DNA of 63,507 nucleotides, counting the filler, from Reclinomonas americana ATCC 50394 (Eukaryota), in assembly GCA_048213135.1 (NCBI GenBank). It is 19 parts of 19 records of this genome, joined end to end, with 100 filler letters (N's around TTAATTAATTAA, not from the genome) between each part and the next. Parts side by side here need not be neighbours in the genome. Positions count along the whole stretch, not along the records: positions 1 to 5,766 come from AFZH01022436.1; positions 5,867 to 8,436 come from AFZH01022437.1; positions 8,537 to 12,397 come from AFZH01022438.1; 16 more parts are not named here. One strand, 5' to 3'. A program made the position numbers and the translations under genes. A model generated the notes under the pieces. The model was not told the origin of the DNA. It searched no databases and saw nothing but the letters and a program-made list of their open reading frames with translations. Every line of letters starts with the position of its first letter. Positions within the stretch are counted from its first letter, which is position 1. Positions 1-11,403 of the stretch are shown here, one piece after another.

Positions 1-259
1 CGCCTCTCGCGTCCCTCTTTCACTCACACCCCACACTCTCTTCATCACTCATTCATGGCACGTGTCACAGCAGGTGACCATCAAACACGTGCGTGCTGCA
101 GAAAGAAAGATACGTCAGGTGTCCTGCATGACATTGATCTCACACCCGCACACAACAAGATCGCCACGAGAACAAGTCGACTGTGTATGTGATACGTGTG
201 TGCAACAAGGTGCATCGTGCTGACGATCGAGAAAAGAAACAAAGAACTGCGACGAGAAG

Positions 260-3200
260 ATGTCGGTGAGTTGTATTGATTGAGTGGGGGACGCTTGTTA
301 TTCGCTTGCTTCTCCTTGTCTTTTCTCTCTCTCTCATCGCTTGTCACTCACTCTCCTTGTGTCAACACAGTTCTCTGTGAATGTGAGTGCGGCGCACGAT
401 TCATCGCTGTTGGTGGTGGTGGAGGGCATGTCGGCCATGTCCACTCTCGCGGACTTGCTGCGCGAGGCCACACGCTTGCTGCGAGAGAAGAGTGGAGATG
501 AGGGAGTGGAGATTGTGGGGATGGAGAAGCCGATGCCTTTCGATATCAAACTCATGCACGGGTTGCCTGTTGGTGGAATCGGCATCAACTCATCCACTCA
601 TCTCGTTGTCCGTGTGACACTTGGAGCGGCGCTGCAGTCGAGTGGAGGGAGTGGGAGTGAGAGTGGAAGGTATGCGAGTGATTCCTCTCTTTTGCACACA
701 TGCAACTCACTCTCCTGTCTCCGCACAGCAACAGGGAGCGAGTGACTCGGTTTGTTTTGCTTGCCTTCGCCATCCTTCTCTAACCCTGGTTGTTCTTCGT
801 GCAATGCGATTCTAAGCTTACTGTGTTTGTGTTCATGCACAGCATGATCAACTCGCAGCGCATCAACATGGCCTTTGAGGAGGTGGAGGAGGCCGTGCGT
901 CTGCGCTGCCGATGCACACTGGCGCAGTTCAGTCGCATTCACCCCGACTTTGATGTACGGGCATGGGTGCCGAGTTTCTTGCCTGCTGGAACAGATGTAG
1001 CGGCAGTGAAGGCATGGCGTGAGCGACATGCTCCACTCCACCCCTCTCGAGTCAAGTTGTATGAGGAGAAGCATCCGATGATGTTGGCCTGGCGCGAGGC
1101 TTTCGACGCCGACCCAGCAACCAATCCTCCGTGTGACGGTTTCGATACGACGGCACTCACCTCCATCATGCTGTATGGTGGCTTTGTTCAGCGTGACGGT
1201 CGCAAGCTCCTGCTGATTGACGATGTTGATGAACGAAAGGCCGTGGAGGAGCTGAATGATGTGAGGAAGGCGTTGGCGCACAAGGACTTCGTGCTTTCGG
1301 ATTCCCCCGTGCAGCATTACCTTGGTGACGGCGGACTCTTCTTCTCCATCGTCTGTCGACTGCAGTTGACGGCTGATGAGCGTGCTCGATTCTCTTCTCG
1401 TATCTATGAGGCGCGCCACGTTCAGCACACCGTCAGCACCTTCGAGGAGCGACTGCATCGGCTGGCTGTGCGTGAGCTCTCATTCTATCAGCACGACGAG
1501 AGTGTGCGCAAGGACATGCAGATGTATGTGCCGCTGCTGTGCTCACGTGAGCGTGATGTCTCATCGAGTGACAAGATGACAGATCTGTTGTCGGAGGTGG
1601 ATGCCTTCCTCTCCGATACCAACACCACCCAGCGCGTGTTGGTGCTGTTTGGCAACAGTGGTGCCGGCAAGACCACCACCATGTCAGCGCTGGCCGAGCA
1701 AGCGTGGCGACAGTGGCAGACGAGAGAGAGTCGTCGAGTGCCTGTGCGTGTGCCTCTTGGTGCACTGCACAATGCCGATGAGCGATTGTTGGAGGAGGCA
1801 CTGGAACGTCTGTCACCCGAGTTGGGATTCAGTGAGTCGGATGTGAGACGGTTGAAGGAGGAGCCGTTACTGTTGTTGCTTGACGGGTACGACGAGCTGT
1901 ATCGTGGTGTGAATTTGTTTGTCAAGAACCAGCTGGATGTGTGTCGCGATGTGAAGGTGGTCATCACCTGTCGCGGCGATTACGCACTGACGGCACTGGG
2001 TGGTGTGACACAGTATCGACGATTGTTTGCTCCTGTGGATGCACGAGGACAGCTGTGCATGCAGCAGCTGATCGAGAGACACATTTCGCCGTTCAACAAG
2101 GAGCAGATTGAGGAGTACTTTGAGCGACTGGTGCAAGTGGGTGTTGATGATGAAGGAGAAGTACGATGGTCGACTGCCGAGGAGTACATTCGTGCACTGA
2201 AGAGTGTACATGGACTTGGTGCGCTGGTGTCGAATCCGTTCCTGCTGGCAGTGGTGGCTCGTGTGTTGCCGCAGTTGGTGGCGAGTGGTGTGCAGCGACC
2301 GACTCGGCGCGATGTGTTTGACCGATTCATTCGACAGTGGATTGAGAGGGAGCAAGAGAGGCAGACGCGTCTTGGTGCGGAGCGTGTGCCGAGTGAGGAG
2401 ACGTGTCTGGCATTCTGTGAGGGACTGGCACGGTTGATGCATGATGGGAATGTGGTGCGCGTGTCTATGCTGGAGAGTCGATCGGGTGATGGTGGGGAGG
2501 AGGATGACTTTGGTGGTTCGCCGCTTTCCTTGCGACGAGTGGAGGAGGGACCGTTTGACAAGTTCCTCGGTCACAAGAATCAGCATGCGCGAGTGTGCTG
2601 TCCCATCGTGCGACGGTATGGGACGACGCAGTGGGGATTTGTGCATCTGTCGTTGCTGGAGCACTGTGTGGCACGGCACGTGTTTGCATGGGAGACATGG
2701 GATGAGGCGAGAAGGTTGACGATGCAAGATGTGCAGCAGCATGTGTTGGCAGTGCGATTGCTGAATGATCGACCATCGTTGGTGGAGCAGATGGCCGAGG
2801 TGGTGCGGCGGTCTCCTCGATTGCAGGCGAGACTGTGGGAGGTGATTGATTTGTCACGCGAGGTGGATGAGGAGCGATTGGTAACGGCATCGGCGAATGC
2901 CGCGACGGTGTTGTGTGTGGCACAAGTGTCGTTCAGTGAGCGAGATTTGTCGGGTGTGCGAGTGAGAGGTGCGGATTTGAGGGATGCGGTGATGCATATG
3001 ACGGCGTGGAGGGGAGCGGATTTGCGAGGGGTGAATGTGTGCATGGCATATGCGAGGGAGGCGGATTTTAGGGGTGCGGATGTGACGGGTGTGAGGTGGC
3101 CGAGGAAACCGATGGTGGGGCACGCTCTCGCCGTGACCTCAGTCGCCGTCACTTCTAATGGTCAGCATATTGTGAGTGGCAGTCTGGACAAGACTGTACG

Positions 3201-4665
3201 GGTGTGGTCGATGGCAAGTGGCGAGGAGGTGCGGCGACTGAAAGGCCACGCGGGTGCGGTGTATGCAGTGGCAGTGACGCAAGATGGCCAGCACATCGTA
3301 AGTAGTAGCGATGACAAAACTGTACGGGTGTGGTCGGTGGCAAGTGGCGAGGAGGTGCGTCGACTGGAAGGCCACACGAATCTAGTGCTTGCAGTGGCAG
3401 TGACACCCGATGGCCAGCACATCGTGAGTGGAAGTGATGACATGACTGTTCGGGTGTGGTCGGTGGCAAGTGGCGAGGAGGTGCGCCGACTGGAAGACCA
3501 CTCGGATGGGGTGCGTGCAGTGGCAGTGACACCCGATGGGCAGCACATTGTGAGTGGCAGTGATGACAAGACTGTACGGGTGTGGTCGGTGGCAAGTGGC
3601 GAGGAGGTGCGCCAACTGGAAGGCCACACGAGTGGGGTGTATGCAGCAACAGTGACACCCGATGGCCGGCACATTGTGAGTGGCAGTTTAGACGAGACTA
3701 TACGGGCGTGGTCGCTTGCAAGTGGCGAGGAGGTGCGCCGACTGGAAGGCTACATGGGCGCGGTGAATACAGTGGCAGTGACACCCGATGGCCAGCACAT
3801 TGTGAGTGGCAGTTTGAACGAGACTGGACGGGTGTGGTCGATGGCAAGTGGCGAGGAGGTGCGCCGACTAAAAGGCCACACGGATTGGGTGCGTGCAGTG
3901 GCAGTGACAGCCGACGGCCAGCACATTGTGAGTGGCAGTGAGGACGAGACTGTACGGGTGTGGTCGATGGCCAGTGGCGAGGTGGTGCGCCGACTGGAAG
4001 GCCACACGAGTAGAGTGTCTGCAGTGGCAGTTGCACCCGACGGTCAGCACATTATGAGTGGCAGTGCGGACAAGACTGTACGTATGTGGTCGTTTGCAAG
4101 TGGCGAGGAGGTGCGCCGACTGGAAGGCCACACGGGTTTGGTGTATGCAGTGGCAGTGACACCCGATGGGCAGCACATTGTTAGTGGCAGTTCGGACAGG
4201 ACTTTACGACTGTGGTCGATATCAAGTGGCGAGGAGGTGCGCAGACTGGAAGGCCACGCTAGTCGGGTGTGGGCAGTGGCAGTGACGCCCGATGGTCGGC
4301 ACATTATTAGTGGCAGTGATGACAAGACTGTACGGGTGTGGTCGGTGGCAAGTGGCGAGGAAGTGCGCCAACTAGAAGGTCATGCGGATGCGGTGTGGGC
4401 AGTGGCAGTGACTCCCGATGGTCAGCGCATTGTGAGCGGCAGTTATGACGAGACTGTACGGATGTGGTCGGTGGCAAGTGGTGAGGAGGCGCGTCGACTG
4501 GAAGGCCACACGGGTTCGGTGTGGGCAGTGGCAGTGACACCCGATGGCCAGCGCATTGTTCCACGTGAGAAGGATGCAGCTGTTGTGCGCCGTCGACGTC
4601 GTGAGGGACTGCTCGAGCGCGTTTTCGGCTCCTTTCATTCTGATTTCACCGATGTAGTTCTGTGA
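260..4665 (+). CDS. NLR/STAND-like protein: N-terminal ubiquitin-like domain, helical region, NACHT NTPase, pentapeptide repeats, ~11.5 WD40 repeats (NWD/HET-E-like)
   Basis: Frame-consistent exons 260-265 (ATGTCG), 371-669, 729-749 and 843-4665 with GT-AG introns. Walker A GNSGAGKT (1651-1674), Walker B LLLLLDGYDEL, sensor VVITCR, NPFLL, winged-helix FVHLSLLEH, SANAATVL followed by pentapeptides (DLSGVRVRGADLRDA...GADLRGVN...ADFRGADVTG), then WD40 repeats. Confidence 0.9.
3115..4560 (+). repeat. Coding tandem repeat: 126-bp WD40 units (11 complete and 1 partial)
   Basis: Consensus EGHxxxVxAVAVTPDGQHIVSGSxDxTVRVWSxASGEEVRRL repeated every 42 aa with very high nucleotide similarity between units. 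Confidence 0.97.
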
Positions 4666-4854
4666 CGGGCACAACTGCGAGCGTTTATGAACCCTCGAAT
4701 GAAAACCAGCTTGTTTGCGATGAGGTCGCACATGATATAGACAGACATGCAGTCTTCGCCGTCAAGTTGTATGCCGTGTGTGATGGTTGACCATCACGAG
4801 GTAATTAACTCGTTACCCACTTTCTCTGTGCGAAGAAACCTCATCGACCTGACG

Positions 4855-7800
4855 ATGCACTGCACAGCCCGTTTTTTTCTAATGTGTCTCATCTGCTTAT
4901 TACTCACCATTCCTGCCCAACAGCTACCACTTTGTGGGTGCACTGGGGTACCCGTACGTCATGGTCCCGACTTCGGCTCACATAGTCGGTATGCCAACAG
5001 CTTCCTATCCGTATTTGAAAAACACTGCGGCTTCCGTTCACTCTCCGTGCTTGCGCAATTAGTGTCGAGTGCCGATGCTTTCACTCCTTCCACCATCACC
5101 GGTCAGCTGGCTGGCGCACTGCTGACTGTTACCGGTCACGATCTGCTGGCATCGGATAATGTGCAGCTGACGTGTTCGGGGGCGACTGCCTATCGTCTCG
5201 CAGCGCAGTCGTTTGGCGGAGTGGCATCGGCTCGTGAAGTTGTTGTGGCGACGACTACGGAGAGCTCTGTGCCTGTTGGATCATTCTATGTGTGGTGAGT
5301 GGGGAGGGGCAGGGAAGGGGGGAGGAGAAGGGAGGTGAGGGGAAAAGAGGAGAAGTGAAGGGAAGAGAGGAGAGGAGACGGGAGGGGAGGGGAAGGTAGG
5401 GGAAGGGAGGAGAGGAGAAGGGAAATGTGTGAGGGAAGAGAGGAGAGGAGAAGGAGGAGAAGGGATGAGAGGAAAAGAGGAGAATGTATGAGAGAAGGGA
5501 AGAGAGGAAAAGATGAGAGGAGATAAAGGAATGTAACAGAAAGGAGAGGGGAAGAACGGAGAGAAGAGAGGAGGTGAGAGGTGAGATGGAGTGAATAGAA
5601 ACTGGGACCAATGAGAATGTGCGGTTGCTTCCTTGTGCGACAGGTTGTCCAGTGTGACTGTGTGTGTATACGTGAGTTAGTGAGCGAGGGCGAGAGAGTG
5701 AGACCAGCTCAGCCGGCAGGGATAAAAAGGAGGTGAAGGGAGGAGGAATGGGGAAGCAACGGTGAANNNNNNNNNNNNNNNNNNNNNNNNNNNNNNNNNN
5801 NNNNNNNNNNTTAATTAATTAANNNNNNNNNNNNNNNNNNNNNNNNNNNNNNNNNNNNNNNNNNNNCAGAATGAGTGAGTTGTAACATGCGTTATGTGCC
5901 CTGAGAGACACTGTGGATGAAAACATGCATGTTGAGCGTGATGCACGAGATTACGTTGGAATGGAGCCCTGCATTGCAGAGGATAGTACAGTGGATGGAC
6001 TTTGAAGACTTGAGACATTTGCATTCACTGAATGAGCATTTCTGGTCGTCTTTGGCGGGTTCTTTGCTTAAAAAGCATGTTTTCCTTTCTCTTACTCGTC
6101 AATGTGAATGTATTCCTTTCACTCACACTGTGTATTACAGCATTCAATTTGGTGGCGTCGGATCATTCACTGCCGTCACCGGTGGCCAACTTACCGTCTG
6201 TGAGTACGAGCGGAGAGTGCGAGAGTGGAGAGATCAAAATGAGTTGCTCATGTGCTTGTGTTTTCGGCAGTGCCGTTGCCAACATTTTCATTCCCAACCG
6301 TCGCGTCGTCATACACGATGACAATCGGCAACACGACCACTATTGGTACTGTTCACCCAGCATATCATGCTCACATTCATCATCCTTCTCATTCTCCTGC
6401 ATCTGTCCGTAGTCACTGGTGCAACAACGTCGAGCACAATCGGTCTTCGCGTCGGTTTGTCTGGACAAGTGGTGGTGCTGACGGTGCCAGTGGCCTCGTT
6501 CCCCTTTGCCACGCCGTCATTTACACTGTTCAAGAACGCCGACTGCCGCGGAAATGTGGCCACCATCATCAGCGGCTACAACATCGCGTCTGATGGCACG
6601 ACCTATACCATCACATGGACATTCGACACGACTGGAGAGCCAACACCAACGAAGCAGCAGTTATGCCTGTCGTCCACTGACCTGGCAGGCTACTTTAGCA
6701 TGGCAGTTGTCTCCATTTGTTGCGTTCCTGCTGGAGATATTTTGCTGTCAAGTTTGCATCATCTCATCCTAACGAGGCGACCATGCAGATCGTGTCAAGA
6801 GCACATCGGCGCCGTCCATATCCCAGGGCATCAAGTCGCAGACGGTGGTCCTGTTGGGTGGTGACTTCCCGTTGCTGGCTGCAAGCGCTGCCAATGGCAG
6901 TAATCCAGTCACACCTGGCGGCACGCCACTGGCATTCTTCCTCTCTCACTCGCCACCGACTGTTCGTCAATGGACTTGCGGGCGGCTGCCTTTGTGGTCA
7001 CTGCGGTGTCGCCGACGCGTATTACGGCCACGGTTTCCACCATTTCTGCGGTCTCTCTCGCCTCGTGCACGCTGGATCCGCCTGGCACGTATCAAATATG
7101 TGGTCGGTGTGTTACGGAGGGAAGGAGGGAAGGGAGGGAGGGAAAGAGGGAAAGGGGACAGGAGGAACGACGGTGATGAAAGAGAGACAGGGGAGAGTGA
7201 GAGAGGGCATTACCGTTGAGAGAGATATGGGCGAGGGGAAATGGTGAAGAGAATTGGCGTGAGAGTGGATGTTGTGGGGCAGAATGAACAACGCAGTGGG
7301 TGCCGGGAGGAGAGATGAAGTAAAGCGGGAGAGGCAGGTGAGCCACGAAGTTGAGCGTCTGTGTGTGTGAGAGATACGCGAGGATGTGAATGAGAGGGCG
7401 GTTGAGAGTGGCAAGAGGACAAAGGAGCAATAGGAAAATGAATGAGAGGCTGCAGGTGAGCCACGTATGTGCGAGAGATATGCGAGGATGTGAATGAGAG
7501 GGCGGCTGCGAGAGGCAAGAGGGCTGAGGAACAGTAGGCAACTGACAGTGAGAGACTGCAGGTGAGCCACGAATGTGCGAAAGATATGTGAGGATGTGAA
7601 TGAGAGGGCGGTTGCGAGAGGCAAGAGGGCTGAGGGGCAGTAGGAAAAATGAGTGAGAGGCTGCAGGTGAGCCACGTATGTGCGAGAGATATGCAAGGAT
7701 GTGAATGAGAGGGCGGCTGTGAGAGGCAAGAGGGCTGAGGAGCAATAGAGAAATTGATTTAGGGGCTGTAGGTGAGCCACGTATGTGCGAGAGATGTGAA

Positions 7801-8606
7801 TAAGAGGGCGGCTGCGAGAGGCAAGAGGGCTGATGAACAGTAGGCAACTGACAGTGAGAGACTGCGTGCGCGAATGAGTGGGACTTTTTGTCATTCTCTT
7901 TATGTTCAACGAGAAAAGTGGAAGGATAAGAGTGAATGCGATTGATCTATCGACGTTTCACCACCATCGACTATTCCACTGACGAAATATCTGCGCACAG
8001 CTTCCAAGACGGCTCGTATGTGCCTCTCGGTGTGACATTGACCATCACGACCGTCACCGACCCCAATGTCGGCTTCATTTCTCCAAAGTCGTTGCCTCTC
8101 GGTGTGCCAACTACGCTAGTGTTGCATTCGCCATCGCGCACACTGTCGAATTGTACTCGTTTCAAGGTCGTCGACGCTGGATCCGACTGCAATGGTCCGG
8201 CTTCGGGTGAGTGCTGAGAATGAGAAGATTTTGCGCGGGCGGTGGGTGGAGGAGATCTTTACTTACGGTTCACCCTCTTTGCATATCTCTCTCTCTCTCT
8301 CGTCAGCGGCCCTTGCGCTTACGGCCTTCCAAGACGGCGTGTTTGATGCGTCGTCATGCTTCTATGGATCTGTTGCTGGCGGCTGTGGACAGTTCAAGGT
8401 GCAGCTCACGAGCTCCAAGGCGGTGTATATGCCACANNNNNNNNNNNNNNNNNNNNNNNNNNNNNNNNNNNNNNNNNNNNTTAATTAATTAANNNNNNNN
8501 NNNNNNNNNNNNNNNNNNNNNNNNNNNNNNNNNNNNTTCTGTGTGGCAACCACTCCAGGGGCGACGTACAAGGCGGTGTCGAACAGCGACATTCGTGTTA
8601 CGTCGG
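4855..8606 (+). CDS. Multi-exon secreted/cell-surface protein with beta-sandwich (IPT/Ig-like) character; spans two gaps
   Basis: ATG 4855 followed by a hydrophobic signal-like segment (MHCTARFFLMCLICLLLTIPAQ). S/T/V/G-rich exons bounded by GT-AG, e.g. FTPSTITGQLAGALLTVTGHDL, VTAVSPTRITATV...PGTYQIC, FISPKSLPLGVPTTLVLHS. Exact exon boundaries not all resolved. Confidence 0.55.
5767..5866. other. Assembly gap spacer (N run, TTAATTAATTAA, N run); first of 18
   Basis: Same linker, with stops in all six frames, at 5811, 8481, 12442, 15262, 18202, 23486, 24826, 26577, 27951, 32363, 35093, 37190, 39584, 46164, 47912, 51996, 53443 and 62029. Confidence 0.98.
7334..7870 (+). repeat. Intronic minisatellite, ~105-118 bp unit, 5 copies
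   Basis: GCAGGTGAGCCAC-like anchor at ~7334, 7452, 7558, 7663 and 7768, with shared GGATGTGAATGAGAGGGCGG and GAGGCAAGAGGGCTGAGG blocks. Confidence 0.9.
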
Positions 8607-10304
8607 GTATGAGGTGGGAAGGGGGGCGGAGGGAAGTGAGTCGAGGAGAAGGGGGGTTTTGAAGGCATTTTGCATGGAAGAGACAGGGTGGAAGTGTGTT
8701 GATGGGAAAGCAAGGGAGAGAGAAGCAGACTGAAGAATGTCTGTTGAATTTGTGTGTATTACAAGAGAGGGAAAGGCAGGAGGGAGAAAGGGAACAGATT
8801 AGCTTTGGAAGTGTGTGGATGGGAACGCGCTGGGGAGTGTAACAATGAGAAGTGTGTCTGTGGAGTGTTTGTGGCGCAAGAGAGGACCGTCAGGAGATGA
8901 GTAGGTTGTGGTATTGTGTAGATGGGGATGCAAACGATTAAAGGAGAACGAGGGCAAGGAGACGGATAGGTTGCGGCAGTGAGTGTGTTGATGGAGATGT
9001 GAAGGAGAGAGAAATGGAGAGAAGTGTGCCCAAGGAGATTGGATGGCAAGAGAGGATCGTCAGAGGGGGGAGGGAAAGTATTGGTCGTGGTTGAAAGTGT
9101 GGATGGATGTGAGGAAGAGAGAACCAAAGAAAAGTGAGGTCGAGGAGATTGCGTGTGGCATGCGAAGAAATGCAGAGGGGGGAGGGAAAGGATTCGTCGT
9201 GCTAGATACCGTGTGGATGGATGCAAGGGAGAGGAGAAGAATGTCTGTGGAAATATGTGTGTGTGTGACAGAGAGAATCGTCCGATGGGGAAAGAAAATG
9301 ATACGTTGTTAAAGTATGTGGATGGATGGATGCAAGGGAGAGGAAAAGACTGTCTGTGGAAGTATATGCGTGTGACAGAGAGAATCGACAGAGGAGGGAT
9401 GGAACGGATTGGTTGCGGTTGAGGTGTGCACATGGGAATGCATTGGAGAGAGAAACAAAAAGGTGTGTGTGTGGCAAAGGAGGATCATCAGAGGTGGGAA
9501 GGAAAATGATACCTTCTTATGGTGGTGTGGATGAGAATGCATTGGCGAGATAGTAACAAAAAGAAGTGTTCCGTGGGGGCAGTGCGTGTGGTAAGAGAGG
9601 ATCGTCAGAGGTGGGGAGGGAATTGATACTCTGTGGCAGTGTGGATGAGAATGCATTGTAGAGATAGTAACAATGAGAAGTGTGCCGTGGAGGCTGTGTG
9701 TGTGGCAAGTCAGAGGGGGAAAGGGATAGCATACGTTGTGGTAGTGTGTGGACTGGATGCCATCGAGAGAGTTACAAAGCGAGCGCTGTCAATGGAGGTT
9801 GATTCTGTATGCGAGAGAGAGGTTGGAGGGAGAAGAGAGGAAGGACAGTTTGTCAACATTTGTGGTATTGTGTGACGACGGTAAGAAGGAGAGAGTGAGA
9901 TAGGAGGAGGGCATCAGTGGAGATTGTTCTTGTCCTACGAGAGTGAGAGACCGACTGGGGGGAGGAGAGGATTAGTTGTTCCCCTGTGCGATGTGAATGC
10001 ACCGCATGAGGGAACGGGTTGTGGGTGACAGGAGTGGAAGACTTGAGGAGGGAAGTGGCTGAGACTTTTGGGAGTGTGTGCTTGGGGATTCAATAGATGA
10101 GTGGCATAGAGGATTGAAGGTCAACTGTGTGTGTCAGGAGAGGAGGTTGGGGACAGAAAGAAAATGTTGAGGTGCTGCTGAGTCAGAGAGTTTATGTGTG
10201 AAACAGAGAGGAGTGACAGAGGAGTGGGTTGGATATCATGACATTCTCAATCGCATGGTGTCCACGGCTTGCATGCTGACGTTTGCCTCTTGATTGTGCG
10301 ACAG

Positions 10305-11403
10305 ATGAGCACTGGCACTGGCACTCGCTCCGTGGAGATCACACACCGCTTTGTGCAATCGTTCCCGGCGATTCCCACTGTGCTCTTTGGCATCTCCGCT
10401 CTCTCCAATACGATTGAGGGCGACACTGACATTCGCTGCGCGAGGCCGTCGGTCACCAATTTTATGCTGACGGTACAGTGCTCGGCACTCGGCACTGCGC
10501 AGTTCGACTCGCTCATTACCAGTTTCGTGAGATCGATTTAGTTCTCATGCACACTTGCATGAAACTCACGACCTACGTCGCAGATTTCATCGCCATGTAC
10601 GCGGACCCTGCCGCGACGTACACACACGACAACGAATTGCCGCGTCAGAAAGCTGCCAATGAGTGGCTGAGTCTGGCCACCGACAAGAATTCACCACGGT
10701 TTGTTGATGCATGCAGACCTGTGCATGGTCCCTGGACTCATTCATTGCAACCACGCGGCTGTGTGAGCAGGAGGTGGTGAATGCCCATGCGTTCGGATTC
10801 CAGACAATCCCCTCGATTGCGCTGGCACTGACAGGTGTGCGGTCCATTCGACTCGATCCGAGTGGCACGGCACGCAGCGACAACTTTGAGGTGGCCGTCG
10901 GTGAGGCGGCCGCTGCCACCTTGCAAGTGTTGATGACGGTGCGCGGCGATAGTCGCGTGCAGGCGTTGGAGCTGCGTTCCATGCTGGTGGGATCGTGGCT
11001 GGTGCCGCGTGACAATTCCAGTGGCTACGTGATGGTGTCGGGAGGTGAGTTTGTCTGCGAAGATTTGCAGGCAGTTGTGCACGATTACTGACATGGATCA
11101 CCGTCATGTTGCACAGAAAGCACGCTGGTTGGCAACACGCCGGTGGTGGTCACCCTCATCAGCCGTCAGTCAACCCGCGGGTTGAAACAGACTGATTTCC
11201 ACACCACCGCGTTCTTGCGCGGATGGAAGACGACCGGCACTGGTGCATCGCAGGTCAATCCGTCGATTTTGCCGACAGATGTTGTTCCGTCGCAAGGCAG
11301 CGCGTCGAGTGGAGCGTACGGGCAGCTGACGGTGACGGCGAGCAGTGGGGGAGGTGTGGAGGAGACGTATGTGACGTGGGTGGCGATTGGCATCCCGGCG
11401 TGA
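10305..11403 (+). CDS. Exons encoding about three tandem H-type-lectin-like domains; may be the 3' end of the upstream surface-protein gene
   Basis: HRFVQSFPAIPTVLFGISALS...VTNFMLTV, FGFQTIPSIALALTGVRS and a terminal ...VEETYVTWVAIG match the H-type lectin pattern F..F...P.V..G....(V.W.A). GT-AG introns between the segments; stop at 11403. Confidence 0.55.

Noticed and set aside
3115..4560. CRISPR-like or DGR-like reading of the regular repeats
   Set aside because: Units are in-frame 126-bp coding repeats without unique spacers; no reverse transcriptase, template repeat or adenine-specific pattern is evident.
598..4731. Minus-strand ORFs over the NLR (and over other WD40 and kinase genes)
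   Set aside because: Antisense shadows of GC-rich or repetitive coding sequence.
5811..5822. TTAATTAATTAA palindromes recurring through the window
   Set aside because: Always centred in N runs; artificial six-frame-stop gap linker.
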